Part shown: in pieces, positions 1-12,300 of the stretch
Layout of the letters: each line of letters opens with the position of its first letter
How positions within the stretch are numbered: position 1 is the first letter of the stretch
NCBI GenBank assembly: GCA_963714975.1
Contig: CAVQQD010000003.1
Coordinates: 736,001 to 800,000 of the forward strand
DNA from: an uncultured Gammaproteobacteria bacterium
Lineage (GTDB): Bacteria; Pseudomonadota; Gammaproteobacteria; JAURND01
DNA: 64,000 bases
Direction of reading: 5' to 3'
Program-made: the position numbers and the translations under genes
The notes under the pieces: model-generated
Databases searched by the model: none
The model's input: the letters and a program-made list of their open reading frames with translations, nothing else
What the model was told of the DNA's origin: nothing

Positions 1-1060
1 TTTCTATTCCGGTTAATTTTCCTGCAGCTTGTGCAAAACGTCTTCCTGCATCTGTAACTTTTCTAGAAATAAGCCACAAAAAATAGGTATTTAAAAATGT
101 TATAAAAATAATAACAATAGAAAGTTGCCAACTGAATAATATTATAACTAATCCAGAAAAAATCGTGGTAATTAACCCCACGGAACTATCAATGAACTGA
201 TCTGCTAAAATATTAGAAATATGATTATAGGCTTCAACACGAGAAATAATATCACCTGAAGAGCGTTGCTGAAAAAAATTGAGTGGCAAGTGTAATAAAC
301 GCCAAAAAAACTTGGTCGCTCCTACCAACTTTAATTTCATATATAAACGAATCAAATAGTATTTTTTTATCCAGGTCAAAAAGCCAATCATGATTGCAGT
401 AAAGAACATAGCTGCTAATAAGTAACCAATCCAAGTATGCTGGTGTTGAATTAAAATATCATCTACAAAAATTTTTGCAAAAAATGATACAGCCAAAGTG
501 GGAATTAATAATGCCAACCCAACGAAAATAATATATATAAAACTAGCCATAGATTTTCGTAAATAGCCAAGTAGTATTTTTAAAATGAATGGTTCAGGGG
601 CGCCGGATTTTTTAAAGTTGTCTCCGGGTGTTAATACAAGAGCTACTCCAGTAAATCCTTGATCAAATTCGTGATAATTTACCTTTCGGGGACCAGTTTC
701 AGGATCATTCAAATAGACGATATCTTTGCCAAAACCTTCAACCACTAAGTAGTGATTAAATTTCCAAAAAATAATGAATGGTGTTGGCATAAACTGCACG
801 CTCTCCATGGTAAGTTGCATACCATGTGCGTCTAAACCATAGTGTCTTGCTGCTTTGATAATATTAATGGCTTTACTACCATCCCGAGTGACATCGCAAG
901 CTTCACGTGCTTCAGAGGGAGTTAAATAACATCCATAAAAGGCAAGAATAATCGATAATGACACAGCACCACATTCAGCAGCATCCATCTGCAATATGGT
1001 AGGTGTTTTCACGCGCTTATTATTATTAAACAATCTTTTTATTAATAAACCGAATCCCAT
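1..1060 (-). CDS. NHLM/bacteriocin-type peptidase-containing ABC exporter (C39 peptidase + TM domain), runs off the window edge
   Basis: Manual translation from ATG at 1060: KRVKTPTILQMDAAECGAVSL (C39 catalytic Cys), FWKFNHYLVVEG, YLNDPETG, then TM helices and LHLPLNFFQQRSSGD. Start and window-edge codons are in the same frame; absent from the ORF track because there is no stop in the window. Confidence 0.92.
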   Translation of the reverse strand, partial: MGFGLLIKRLFNNNKRVKTPTILQMDAAECGAVSLSIILAFYGCYLTPSEAREACDVTRDGSKAINIIKAARHYGLDAHGMQLTMESVQFMPTPFIIFWKFNHYLVVEGFGKDIVYLNDPETGPRKVNYHEFDQGFTGVALVLTPGDNFKKSGAPEPFILKILLGYLRKSMASFIYIIFVGLALLIPTLAVSFFAKIFVDDILIQHQHTWIGYLLAAMFFTAIMIGFLTWIKKYYLIRLYMKLKLVGATKFFWRLLHLPLNFFQQRSSGDIISRVEAYNHISNILADQFIDSSVGLITTIFSGLVIILFSWQLSIVIIFITFLNTYFLWLISRKVTDAGRRFAQAAGKLTGIE

Positions 1061-1061
1061 G

Positions 1062-2345
1062 TTACTCCCCAGAAACTTTTTTCAGGAAAGGAAGAACCAA
1101 GGACAGGGGACTTTGTTTTTCCGTCATCATATCTGCTTTAACCAGGGTTCCTGCTGTGACGTGGTAGGATGGGCCATTTGATGAAGTCCATTGCAAGCCT
1201 GAAGGATTATGCAAATTTTGTAATAATTTAATTCGCACCATAATTACTGGTCCTGATTTTAAAAAAGTATCGACTAGGCTTTTGTTCTTGAGTATATTTT
1301 GCATACTTTCAGGAGTGGAGGGTAAATGATCAACAAAAGTAACTTCTCCAATGATGTTACCAAATTCTAATACCCGAATCGTGCTGGGGCTTACGTGTGC
1401 GCGCATACCTTTTGTTACACGTTTGCCATCCTCGGCAGGAATATATACCCAAGTTTCTACTCCTTTACTAAGCGTAGCTATTTGAAAAGCCACTGTCCCT
1501 TGTGCCAGGAAATCTCCTGGTTTAATTTGAACGCTAGTGATAATACCCGTGACAGGACTTCTAATTTTGGTAGAAACCTGAAGTTTCCCAAGAAAATTTT
1601 GTAATTTATTTTGTTGTTCGATGATTTTTAAATTCAAAGTGCGAAGTTGTTCTTTCCAATTTTCTTCATAATTTCTTTCTGCAATGGAATAATCGAATAA
1701 GGACTTTTTTTGATTTTGCAGATCTTGACTGGCTGCTAGATAGTCAACGCGGATACGAGTTAGTTCAATTATAGTCGTTATCCCCTTTTTAAAAGCTGCT
1801 TCCTGTATATTCAATAAAATTTCTAACTCACTTACTTTTTTCTCACTTGCTCGAATTGTATTTTCAGTTTCTTGCTTTTGATGGTTTAATGCATCTTGGC
1901 TGCTTGCGATAGCGATTTTAGCTTGCTCCAATAATTTCAAATATTGGTTTTGCAAATTTTTAATATAGTCTTTCGTAGTTTGAATTTCACTTTCCAGTTC
2001 AGGATTATACAATTCGGCAACCACTTGATTTTCTTTGACCAAATCACCTAAGTACACTGAAGTGTTACGGATATAACCGCCAGTTTGTGGGGAAAAAATA
2101 CTTTCAATTTTTTGATTTTCGCTTAAAAGCAGACCTGGTCCAGAGACACGTACTTCAATACTACCGAAAATAGTCCATAAGATGATCGTCGCTAAAATAA
2201 TCCAAACAGTGAATAAGATTAACCAAGATAGGGGAGAGGTTACTTGAATAATGTCATCTAAGGTGCGAGACACATTAATATATTCTAACGCATGTTGTCG
2301 AAAAGGTGAGTCAGGCTGTATATTCTCTTCCTCTTTTTTCACCAA
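1062..2345 (-). CDS. HlyD-family membrane fusion protein, NHLM bacteriocin secretion type
   Basis: FRQHALE...LDDIIQVTSPLSWL N-terminus, one TM helix, coiled coil, IRSPVTG lipoyl-like motif, C-terminal GLQWTSSNGP...SPLSLVLPFLKK. Confidence 0.9.
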   Translation of the reverse strand: MVKKEEENIQPDSPFRQHALEYINVSRTLDDIIQVTSPLSWLILFTVWIILATIILWTIFGSIEVRVSGPGLLLSENQKIESIFSPQTGGYIRNTSVYLGDLVKENQVVAELYNPELESEIQTTKDYIKNLQNQYLKLLEQAKIAIASSQDALNHQKQETENTIRASEKKVSELEILLNIQEAAFKKGITTIIELTRIRVDYLAASQDLQNQKKSLFDYSIAERNYEENWKEQLRTLNLKIIEQQNKLQNFLGKLQVSTKIRSPVTGIITSVQIKPGDFLAQGTVAFQIATLSKGVETWVYIPAEDGKRVTKGMRAHVSPSTIRVLEFGNIIGEVTFVDHLPSTPESMQNILKNKSLVDTFLKSGPVIMVRIKLLQNLHNPSGLQWTSSNGPSYHVTAGTLVKADMMTEKQSPLSLVLPFLKKVSGE

Positions 2346-2348
2346 TAG

Positions 2349-2786
2349 TTATCCTTCAAGTTGTTGCTCAGTCATAGCACGTAAGCGCATGGATAATACG
2401 GGTAAAAGTTGCAAGGCAATTTCAGGGTAAGCTTGCATTTGTGCCCTAAAATCCCATTGTTCTAGCATCACACAATCCGTATCTTCTACTGCGCGCACCG
2501 TAGCGGAATAGGGCAAACCGTCGATAAGTGACATTTCGCCAATGATTTCTCCAGCGCCTAGCTGGGTAATGATTTTGGGATGGGCAGTTTGCATCCTTTT
2601 TATGACTTCAACTTTGCCTCGCGTAATGATATAACAAGCCATACCAGGCTTATGTTCCTCGATGATTATCTCTCCGGCTTGAAATGATTTAAATTGGGCG
2701 AGGTCTGCGAGTCGATAAATGACTTCAGGACTTAGATTTGAAAAGAGTGAACTTTTTCCGATTAATTTTGATATTTCTTGCATCAT
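2349..2786 (-). CDS. Stand-alone cyclic-nucleotide-binding domain protein
   Basis: LFSNL...GEIII...YIITRGKVEV...GEIIGEMSLIDGLPYSATVRA cNMP fold; 3 nt from the hlyD start. Confidence 0.9.
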   Translation of the reverse strand: MMQEISKLIGKSSLFSNLSPEVIYRLADLAQFKSFQAGEIIIEEHKPGMACYIITRGKVEVIKRMQTAHPKIITQLGAGEIIGEMSLIDGLPYSATVRAVEDTDCVMLEQWDFRAQMQAYPEIALQLLPVLSMRLRAMTEQQLEG

Positions 2787-2919
2787 ACCATCCTTGGCCG
2801 CCCTCGCCCCTTAGGACAACGACGAAAGTAGTTACAAATTGAGAAGAATTATAGTGAAGCACATTGCTAAATACAATAGCTTTGGTAAATCCCTGTTTTT
2901 TTTGCTTTGTTTATCCATC

Positions 2920-3024
2920 GTGCCGTAAGACCCCGTCATTCATGGCGGGGATGTAAGGCACTCCTTCGATTATCAAATTGCGCCGAAAAACACCTTCCTT
3001 CAGGAAGGTGATGAAAAGCGCGCG
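2920..3024. mobile_element. Two tandem IS200/IS605-type end hairpins (non-autonomous relic)
   Basis: GTGCCGTAAGA-CCCCGTCAT-TC-ATGGCGGGG-ATGTAAGGCAC and GCGCCGAAAAA-CACCTTCCT-TC-AGGAAGGTG-ATGAAAAGCGCGC resemble IS605-family subterminal hairpins; no tnpA/tnpB adjacent. Confidence 0.6.
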
Positions 3025-3322
3025 TTTTGTGACTAGTTCAGTATTTAGAATTTCGTTGGCGTGTAAAGAAACAATTTAATGATATTACCACTGAAAGAAC
3101 ACTGATGGATCCATCAGATAGAGAAGTTGCTAAAGATTTAGATTTTATGCAAGAGAAACTTAAATTGGTGGGCGGTCGATAGAAGTCAAAAAAATGGTTC
3201 TGTGTCGCTAGCACGCAATCTGTCCGGTTTTGGGACCAGCTAAGTTAAACAAACCTGGTATGAAATCACCAGCCCAAAATCACAAAAAATAAAAAATATA
3301 CAAAGATCATGACCAACACAGC

Positions 3323-6300
3323 TTATTGGATTTGAGGAGAGAGCAAATAGTTAGCTATTTGCTCCGCAAAGCTCATAATATTGTAATGCGAGCAAGGTAA
3401 ATTAATTATCTTTAATTTTTTACAATAGGCACTAAGGTTATTATCTTTTAATGACAACATATGCCTAGATAATTCATCATCCATTTGCGGTCGAGGCCCA
3501 ACTTGCATTGCTTTAAATAAAATGACCTGAGTATCATTCAAATGCCCGGTCAATTGAGAATTGAGAATATTTATTTCTTCATAAAAAGCAAGCATAACTC
3601 GTTCTATGTAACTTGGATCAAATCCTGCTTGAATATAATTATCTTTGGTTCTTTGCTTTGAATCGAACTCTTTTCGTTTTAATTTTATATAACTATCAGG
3701 CAATATAGTATCCAACAAACATACCATTATATTTTTTATTCCTTTTTGCTCCAAAAGATAAGCCACTTCCAACGCTATGTGACCACCCAAGGACCAACCT
3801 AAAAAATAATAATGAACTTTGCGTTGAAAGGACTCTATATGTTGCAAATATAATTTGGCTAATTTTTCTAAGTTATCAATTTTATTTTCATGAGATAAAT
3901 TATAGTTTTCTATTCCTAAACAATAATATTGAGTTTCTAATTTATTAGCTAAGTCTAGATAGACTTCAGTATCAGTTCTTGCTGGATGAATCATAAATAA
4001 ATTATTTTTTTGCCCTTTGTTGTTATTTAAAGATACGATGGGTTGATAATTATTTTCTTTTTTCAAAAATCCTGCAAGAGATTTAATACTTCTGAATGTG
4101 AAGAAAATTGATGGCTTTATGGTAACTATTTCTTTTTCCATAATCACCAATGTTTTTATGGCCAAGATAGAATTACCACCCATTTTAAAAAAATCATCAG
4201 TTATCCCTATTTTGTCTATATGTAAAACTCTCTCCCAAATACTGACTAATTTCGTCTCTAATGCATCCCGAGGTGCTACATAATTGGTTGCCGCCTTAAA
4301 CTCGGGTGCCGGTAAGGCGCGACGGTCTAGTTTGCCGCTACTGGTCAAGGGTAAAGACTCTAAATACACGAATGCATTGGGGATCATGTAATCCGGTAAT
4401 TTCGTGACTAAGTGCTTAATTAAACGATCCTCGCTGATTGGTTTTTCTGCTACATAATAGGCCACTAGGGATTTCGTTCCTTCCCGTTCGTGAACCGTGA
4501 CCACACTGCGCTTGATTGTGGGATAATCGCGTAAATCACTCTCGATTTCTCCTAGTTCAATGCGATACCCGCGAATCTTGACTTGAAAATCATTGCGGCC
4601 GATATATTCTAAATTCCCATCCGGAAGCCAACGCACTAAGTCTCCAGTTTTATACAAACGGTCATAACCCTTCGCTTGATCTTCTGGGGTTGCAAAGGGA
4701 TTGGCAACAAATCGTTCCGCCGTTAATTCCGGTCGATTTAAATAACCCCGGGCCACCTGCACTCCACCGATATACAGCTCACCTATCACACCTACTGGCA
4801 TGGGTTGTCGGGCTGCATCTAATATATAGACTTTAGTATTATCAACAGGGCGGCCCATATAAACTGCTTTTATTCCGGGATGACAAGCAAATTGAGTCGC
4901 GTTAAGCGTTGTTTCGGTAGGACCGTATAAATTTTGAAATGCCACATGGGGGTAGAGATGGTTAAATTGCGTATAAACTTTAAGGGCTAAGGCTTCTCCG
5001 CCAGAAAATACGGTGAGTAATGCAGGGCTTGGGTTCAAATTCGCTCCATTCATCACTATCCAATCTAGATAAGCCTGCAGCATCGATGGCACAAAGTAGA
5101 CGCGAGTGATGTCGTATTGGTAGAGGGCGGTATAGACTTCCGCAGGAATACGGTGCGCCCCCGGCGTCATCAATACCGATTGCCCACCGCAAATCAGTGG
5201 TAACAATAATTCCCGAACTGAAGGCTCAAAACAATAGGAGGTTTTTTGCAAGATTTTATCTTGTGAGTTAATGTGATATTTTCGCTGCATTCCCACCAAT
5301 CGATTTACTAATGCGCCATGCTGAATCATCACTCCTTTTGGATGACCGGTAGTCCCTGAAGTATAAATCACATACACCAAACTTTCAGGTGGGTAGTTAA
5401 TTTCTAGCCCCTGCTTGTCTTCTTCCAGGTAGTTTTCTTGGTCTAACAAAATCAATTGATGCGTCTCGCCTGTCATCCCGGCTTCGACCAACCGGCTCTG
5501 CGTCAGAATCACTTTAGTTTGAATATCCCCTAGAATGTAGTGCAGCCGTTCGGGCGGGGAGTTTGTATCCAGCGGTACATAAGCCGCTCCTGATTTGAGA
5601 ATCCCCCATATTCCTATCACCATCTCCAAACTGCGTTCCACACAAAGCCCAATTAAAGTATCCGGAGTTAAATTTTCTTGCGTTTGATCGAAGTACACGC
5701 GGCGAATATATCGCGCTAACTGGTTCGATTTCTCATCTAACTCCTGATAGCTTAGCGATTTTTCTTCATAAACTACGGCCGTATTCCCGGGAACCTTTTT
5801 TACCTGCTCTGCAAATAACTCCAAAATAGTTTGATCTTGGGGATAATCACGGTCCGTCTCGTTCCAACGATATATCGTCTGCTCGTATTCCTCTGGATCC
5901 AATAAACTTAATTGACTATGCGATTGATGCAGCTGATCCGGAATTCCACGCAAAATCCTTTCCATCTGGCTCAACAATCTCCCTGCTTTAGCATCACTGA
6001 GGTATTCTCCCGCATATTTTAAATTCACCTGTAAACCTTTCGCAGTTTCATAGGCCACAATACACAAAGGATAATCTAATTTTTCCATTGCATTCCTGAA
6101 TTTAAATTTCAAGCTGCCCGCTTTGGCTTCGCCTACTGGGTAATTTGCAAAAATAAATAAACTATGAAATAAACGTTGGCCTGCGGTTTGTAAATGCGCT
6201 AAATTGATATAACTGTGATTGTTTAATTCCGTGGTATATTGATGGATAAGACCCAATTGTGCTTGGACTGTTCTCTCCTGCCAATCAATAATCAAGGGCA

Positions 6301-9300
6301 GGGTATTGATATATAAACCCACACTTTCTTCAATTCCCGCTATGGGCAGGCCGCGTCCCGATACCGTCGTCCCTACCACCGTCACGGCATCGCGGGTGTA
6401 TACCTGCAGTAATTTGTGCCAGGCCAATTGCAGCAGTACATTGAGAGTAATCCCTTCACTCCGCGCCAAGGTTTTCAAACGATGATACAACGCGCCACCC
6501 ACACTCAGCTGCGCCTCACGTCCTTCTCGAACCTCACGCAGCGTGTCTAAATCCGCAGGCTGGGTGAATAATGCATTCAGATCATTCACCTGCTCCATCG
6601 CCTTCATCCGCTCTTGCCAATACGCCTGCACTTCGCTTTGATGGGCGTGGAAATACCGTTGCGCCGCAGCATAGGCCCGATCTTCTACTACACTCAGCAC
6701 CTTACCGCGCAATCCTGCTTCATAGTATTCATGCACTCGCTGAAACAGGATCGGATAACTCCAGCCATCCGTGATGCTGTGATGCATACTCAATAGCAAT
6801 GTCCCATAATCTTCGGACTGCATGATCCAATGCAGGCGCAATAACCCAGGTTTTGATAAGTCAAACCTTTCCTGCCAATCTTTCGCACGAATTGATTCAA
6901 CTGCTTCCTCTTTATTTTTCTCTGCGCTGATATCATGCTCCGTCCACGGTATTTCTCGGTAATCGGTGATGATTTGCAGAAGCTCTTCTTCCCAATTGAA
7001 GCACACTCTCAATCCCGGAAAACAACCCAGGACATAACGCCAGGCCGCCTGTAATTGTTGGGTATCCATCGCTTGTGGATAATCTACCAAAAGCTGCAAT
7101 CGATAGGCCTCATCTTCTGGATAGGTTAACGCATGATAAATAAACCCCTGCTGCAAGCTACTTGCGGGATACAGGTCTTCCAAGCGATATCGATCTTGTA
7201 ATCGATTCAGTAATTCTTGACGGATTTTTACTGTAGGAAAATCACTGGGCGTATAAACCGATTCACCCGACCTCAGTCGTTGCGCACAATGATCAATGAC
7301 CTTTTCCAAATACCGGCGGAATACGCCCCCAAATCCCAAACTCACAGGCAGCTGACTATGAATACTAAACTGCAATTGATTTTCTGCTATCAGGCCATTG
7401 AGAGTGAGCACATTATTGTCTCGATTTCCCGATCCCCAGTTCGCACCTGAGCTTTCATTGGTTATCACCCACTCGGCCGAGGCAAATTGGCCCAAGTAAT
7501 TAAAGCTAATTTCCGGTAATGAATGCGATGACAACGCCGCTGATTCTCCCCACTGCTTTAATGCTCCGTAGCCCAAGCCTTTATGCGGTATCCCACGTAA
7601 GCTTTCTTTGATCTGCTGAATACTTTGCCCCATCTCTTGTGCCAGCTCTAATCGCACAGGAAACATCGTCGTAAACCAACCCACGGTCCGACTCACATCC
7701 ACGAGCTCACTGAATGGTTCTCGACCATGCCCTTCTAAAGTGATATAGCTTAGTGCTGCTCCATGCCACTCCTTAAGTGCGTAACTTAAGGCGGTGAGCA
7801 GTAAATCATTGATCTGTGTGTGATAGGCTAGGTTCGCTCCCCTCAATAACACTTGTGTGTATTCTCGGCTCAATTTGAACTCTTCCTCGTGTGCTTCTTC
7901 AGCAAGATGCGAGTAACCACGATAAGAGGGCTGATCACGTATAAGCGCTTCCCAATAAGCCTTCTCGTCCTGGTGATGCTTTGCATAGGACTTCACTTCT
8001 TCCACCCATTGCCGGTAACTGCTGCTTTTCTCTCCCAATGATTCTCCATCATATAAGCGCCGCAGATCTTCGGTTAATATTCTCCACGATACCGAGTCCA
8101 CAATTAAATGATGCAGCGCCAGATATATTCGTGCACTGCCGTCCGTATATCCTTCCACATAACCCGCTTGCCACAAGGGCCCCTTGCCTATATGAAAATG
8201 GCTTTGCCATTCCGTAAAAAGCGCTCTTCTTTCCGTCTCACGCCAACCACCCGCATCGCTTTGTCTTAAGGGCGCTATTGTTATATGCTCTTGATAGGTT
8301 TGCATCCCTTTTTCACTAAACCTTAACCTCAATGCATCGTGATGTGTCGCTAAAGCGTTTAACAACGCTGGAAGTTTCAGCACATCCAGAAGCGGCGTTT
8401 TGATGAGAAAAGATTGATTCCAGTGCTCCGGATGATTCCAGCGTTGTTGAAAGAACCACTGCTGCACTGGCAGAAATTCAAAACTACCCGTCAAGGCGCC
8501 TTGTTCTGCTGTGCAAACATGCTCTCCAGTCAGTGGTACGTGAACTACTAACTGGGCAATGCGACGATAGCTAAAGATATCTTTTACCGAAAGGCTTAAT
8601 CCCAAATGCCGCAGGCGAGAGGTTAATTGAATACTTAAAATGCTATCCCCGCCTAATCGGAAAAAATCATCTTCTATCCCCACGCGTTGCAGATGCAATA
8701 CTTGCTGCCACACTTCGACCATTTTCGCTTCTAATTCATTGCGGGGCGCTACATAACTGGCAGCTGCCTTGCATTCTGGTTCTGGTAAGGCGCGACGGTC
8801 TAGTTTGCCACTACTGGTCAAGGGCAAAGACTCTAGATGCACGAATACACTGGGGATCATGTAATCTGGTAATTTCGTGGCTAAGTGCTCTAGTAAACGA
8901 TCATCGCTGATCGGTTTTTCTGCTACGTAATAGGCCACTAACGATTTCGTTCCTTCTCTTTCGTGAACCATGATTACACTGTGCTTGATCGTGGGATAAT
9001 TGCGTAAATTATTTTCAATCTCTCCTAACTCAATCCTAAACCCACGAATCTTAACTTGAAAATCATTGCGGCCGATATATTCTAAGTTCCCATCTGGAAA
9101 CCAACGCACTAAGTCCCCGGTTTTGTATAGGCGGTCGTAACCTCTCGCTTGATCTTCTGGAGTGGCAAAGGGATTGGCAATAAATCGTTCGGCCGTTAAT
9201 TCCGGCCGATTTAAATAACCCCGAGCGACCTGTACTCCACCGATATAAAGCTCACCTATCACGCCCACTGGATGCCGGTTGTCGAGCTGCATCTAATACA

Positions 9301-12300
9301 TAAACTTTTGTATTATCAACAGGGCGGCCCATATAAATTGCTTTTATCCCGGGATGACAGGTAAATTGAGTCACGTCAATGGTTGTTTCAGTAGGACCGT
9401 ATAAATTTTGAAATGCCACATGAGGGTAGAGACGGTGAAATTGCGAATAAATTTGAAGCGCTAAGGCTTCTCCACCACAAAATACAGTGAGTAATTCAGA
9501 GGGTAGATTTGAATTGGTCCTATCCGTAATTATCCAATCTAGATAAGCCTGTAGCATTGACGGCACAAATTGGACGCGAGTAATCTCATATTCATGGATG
9601 GTGGTATAGATTTCCGCAGGGTATACGATGCGCTCCCGGCGCCATCAATACCGATTGCGCACCGCAAATCAGCGGTAACAATAATTCCCAGACCGAAACA
9701 TCAAAATAGTAAGGAGTCATTTGTAAGACTTTATCTTGTGGGTTAAATTGATAATCTCGTTGCATCCCCACCAATCGGTTCACTAATGCGCCATGCTGAA
9801 TCATTACTCCTTTCGGATGACCCGTAGTTCCTGAAGTATAAATCACATACACTAAACTCTCAGGTGGGTAGTTAATTTCTAGCCTCTGCTTGTCTTCTTC
9901 CAGGTAGTTTTCTTGGTCTAACAAAATCAATTGATGCGCCTCACCTGTTATCCCGGTTTCGACGGTCGAGGCCAGCCGGCTTTGCGTCAGAATCAGCTTG
10001 GTTTGAGTGTCACTTAGGATATAACGTAGGCGTTCGGGCGGGGAGTTTGTATCCAGCGGTACATAAGCCGCTCCTGATTTGAGAATCCCCCATATTCCTA
10101 TCACCATCTCCAAACTGCGTTCCACACAAATCCCAATTAAAGTATCCGGAGTTAAATTTTCTTGCGTTTGATCGAAGTACATGCGGCGAATATATCGCGC
10201 TAGTTGATTTGATTTTTCATTTAATTCTCGGTAAGTCAGTGACTCTCCTTCATAAACTACGGCCGTATTCTCAGAAGCCTTTTCTACCTGCTCTGCAAAT
10301 AACTCCAAGATAGTTCGATCTTGAGGATAGTCACGGTCCGTCTCGTTCCAACGATACACCGTCTGCTCATATTCCGCTTGATCCAATAAACTTAATTGAC
10401 TATGCGATTGATATAGACGATCCGGAATTCCACTCAGAATCTTCTCCATCTGCTTTAATAATCTCGTTGCTTGGGCATCACTGAGATATTCCCCCGCATA
10501 CTTTAAATTTATTTGTAAATTATCCTTAGCTTCATGGGCCGCAATACATAAGGGATAATCTAGTTTCTCTATTGCATTCCTTAATTTAAATTTCAAACCA
10601 GCTGCTTTGGCCTTGCCTATTGGGTAATTTTCAAAAACAAATAAACTGTGAAATAAACGCTGACCTGCGGTTTGTAAATGCGCTAAATTGATATAACTGT
10701 GATGGTTTAATTCCGTGGTATATTGATGGATAAGACCCAATTGTGCTTGGACTGTTCTCTCCTGCCAATCAATAATCAAGGGCAGGGTATTGATATATAA
10801 ACCCACACTTTCTTCAATTCCCGCTATGGGCAGGCCGCGTCCCGATACCGTCGTCCCTACCACCGTCACGGCATCGCGGGTGTATACCTGCAGTAATTTG
10901 TGCCAGGCCAATTGCAGCAGTACATTGAGAGTAATCCCTTCACTCCGCGCCAAGGTTTTCAAACGATGATACAACGCGCCACCCACACTCAGCTGCGCCT
11001 CACGTCCTTCTCGAACCTCACGCAGCGTGTCTAAATCCGCAGGCTGGGTGAATAATGCATTCAGATCATTCACCTGCTCCATCGCCTTCATCCGCTCTTG
11101 CCAATACGCCTGCACTTCGCTTTGATGGGCGTGGAAATACCGTTGCGCTGCGCCATAGGCCCGATCTTCTACTACACTCAGCGCCTTACCGCGCAATCCT
11201 GCTTCATAGTATTCATGCACTCGCTGAAACAGGATCGGATAACTCCAGCCATCCGTGATGCTGTGATGCATACTCAATAGCAATGTCCCATAATCTTCGG
11301 ACTGCATGATCCAATGCAGGCGCAATAACCCAGGTTTTGATAAGTCAAACCTTTCCTGCCAATCTTTCGCACGAATTGATTCAACTGCTTCCTCTTTATT
11401 TTTCTCTGCGCTGATATCATGCTCCGTCCACGGTATTTCTCGGTAATCGGTGATGATTTGCAGAAGCTCTTCTTCCCAATTGAAGCACACTCTCAATCCC
11501 GGAAAACAACCCAGGACATAACGCCAGGCCGCCTGTAATTGTTGGGTATCCATCGCTTGTGGATAATCTACCAAAAGCTGCAATCGATAGGCCTCATCTT
11601 CTGGATAGGTTAACGCATGATAAATAAACCCCTGCTGCAAGCTACTTGCGGGATACAGGTCTTCCAAGCGATATCGATCTTGTAATCGATTCAGTAATTC
11701 TTGACGGATTTTTACTGTAGGAAAATCACTGGGCGTATAAACTGATTCACCCGACCTCAGTCGTGGCGCAGAATAATCAATGACCTCTTGTTCTGCAGTC
11801 AGGGGTATGTGAACTACTAGCTGGGCAATGCAACGATAGCTAAAGATATCTTTTACCGAAAGGCTTAATCCCAAATGCCGCAGGCGAGAGGTTAATTGAA
11901 TACTTAAAATGCTATCCCCGCCTAATCGGAAAAAATCATCTTCTATCCCCACGCGTTGCAGATGCAATACTTGCTGCCACACTTCGACCATTTTCGCTTC
12001 TAATTCATTGCGGGGCGCTACATAACTGGCAGCTGCCTTGCATTCTGGTTCTGGTAAAGCGCGACGGTCTAGTTTGCCACTACTGGTCAAGGGCAAAGAC
12101 TCTAGATGCACGAATACACTGGGGATCATGTAATCTGGTAATTTCGTGGCTAAGTGCTCTAGTAAACGATCATCGCTGATCGGTTTTTCTGCTACGTAAT
12201 AGGCCACTAACGATTTCGTTCCTTCTCTTTCGTGAACCATGATTACACTGTGCTTGATCGTGGGATAATCGTTTAAATTATTTTCAATCTCTCCTAACTC

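Noticed and set aside
3105-3182. Short ORF MDPSDREVAKDLDFMQEKLKLVGGR as a double-glycine precursor for the C39 exporter
   Set aside because: It stops one residue after GG (no core peptide), lies on the opposite strand and has no clear RBS.
6571-11280. Duplicated plus-strand ORFs (6571/11055 and 6614/11098)
   Set aside because: Antisense by-products of the duplicated NRPS C domain.
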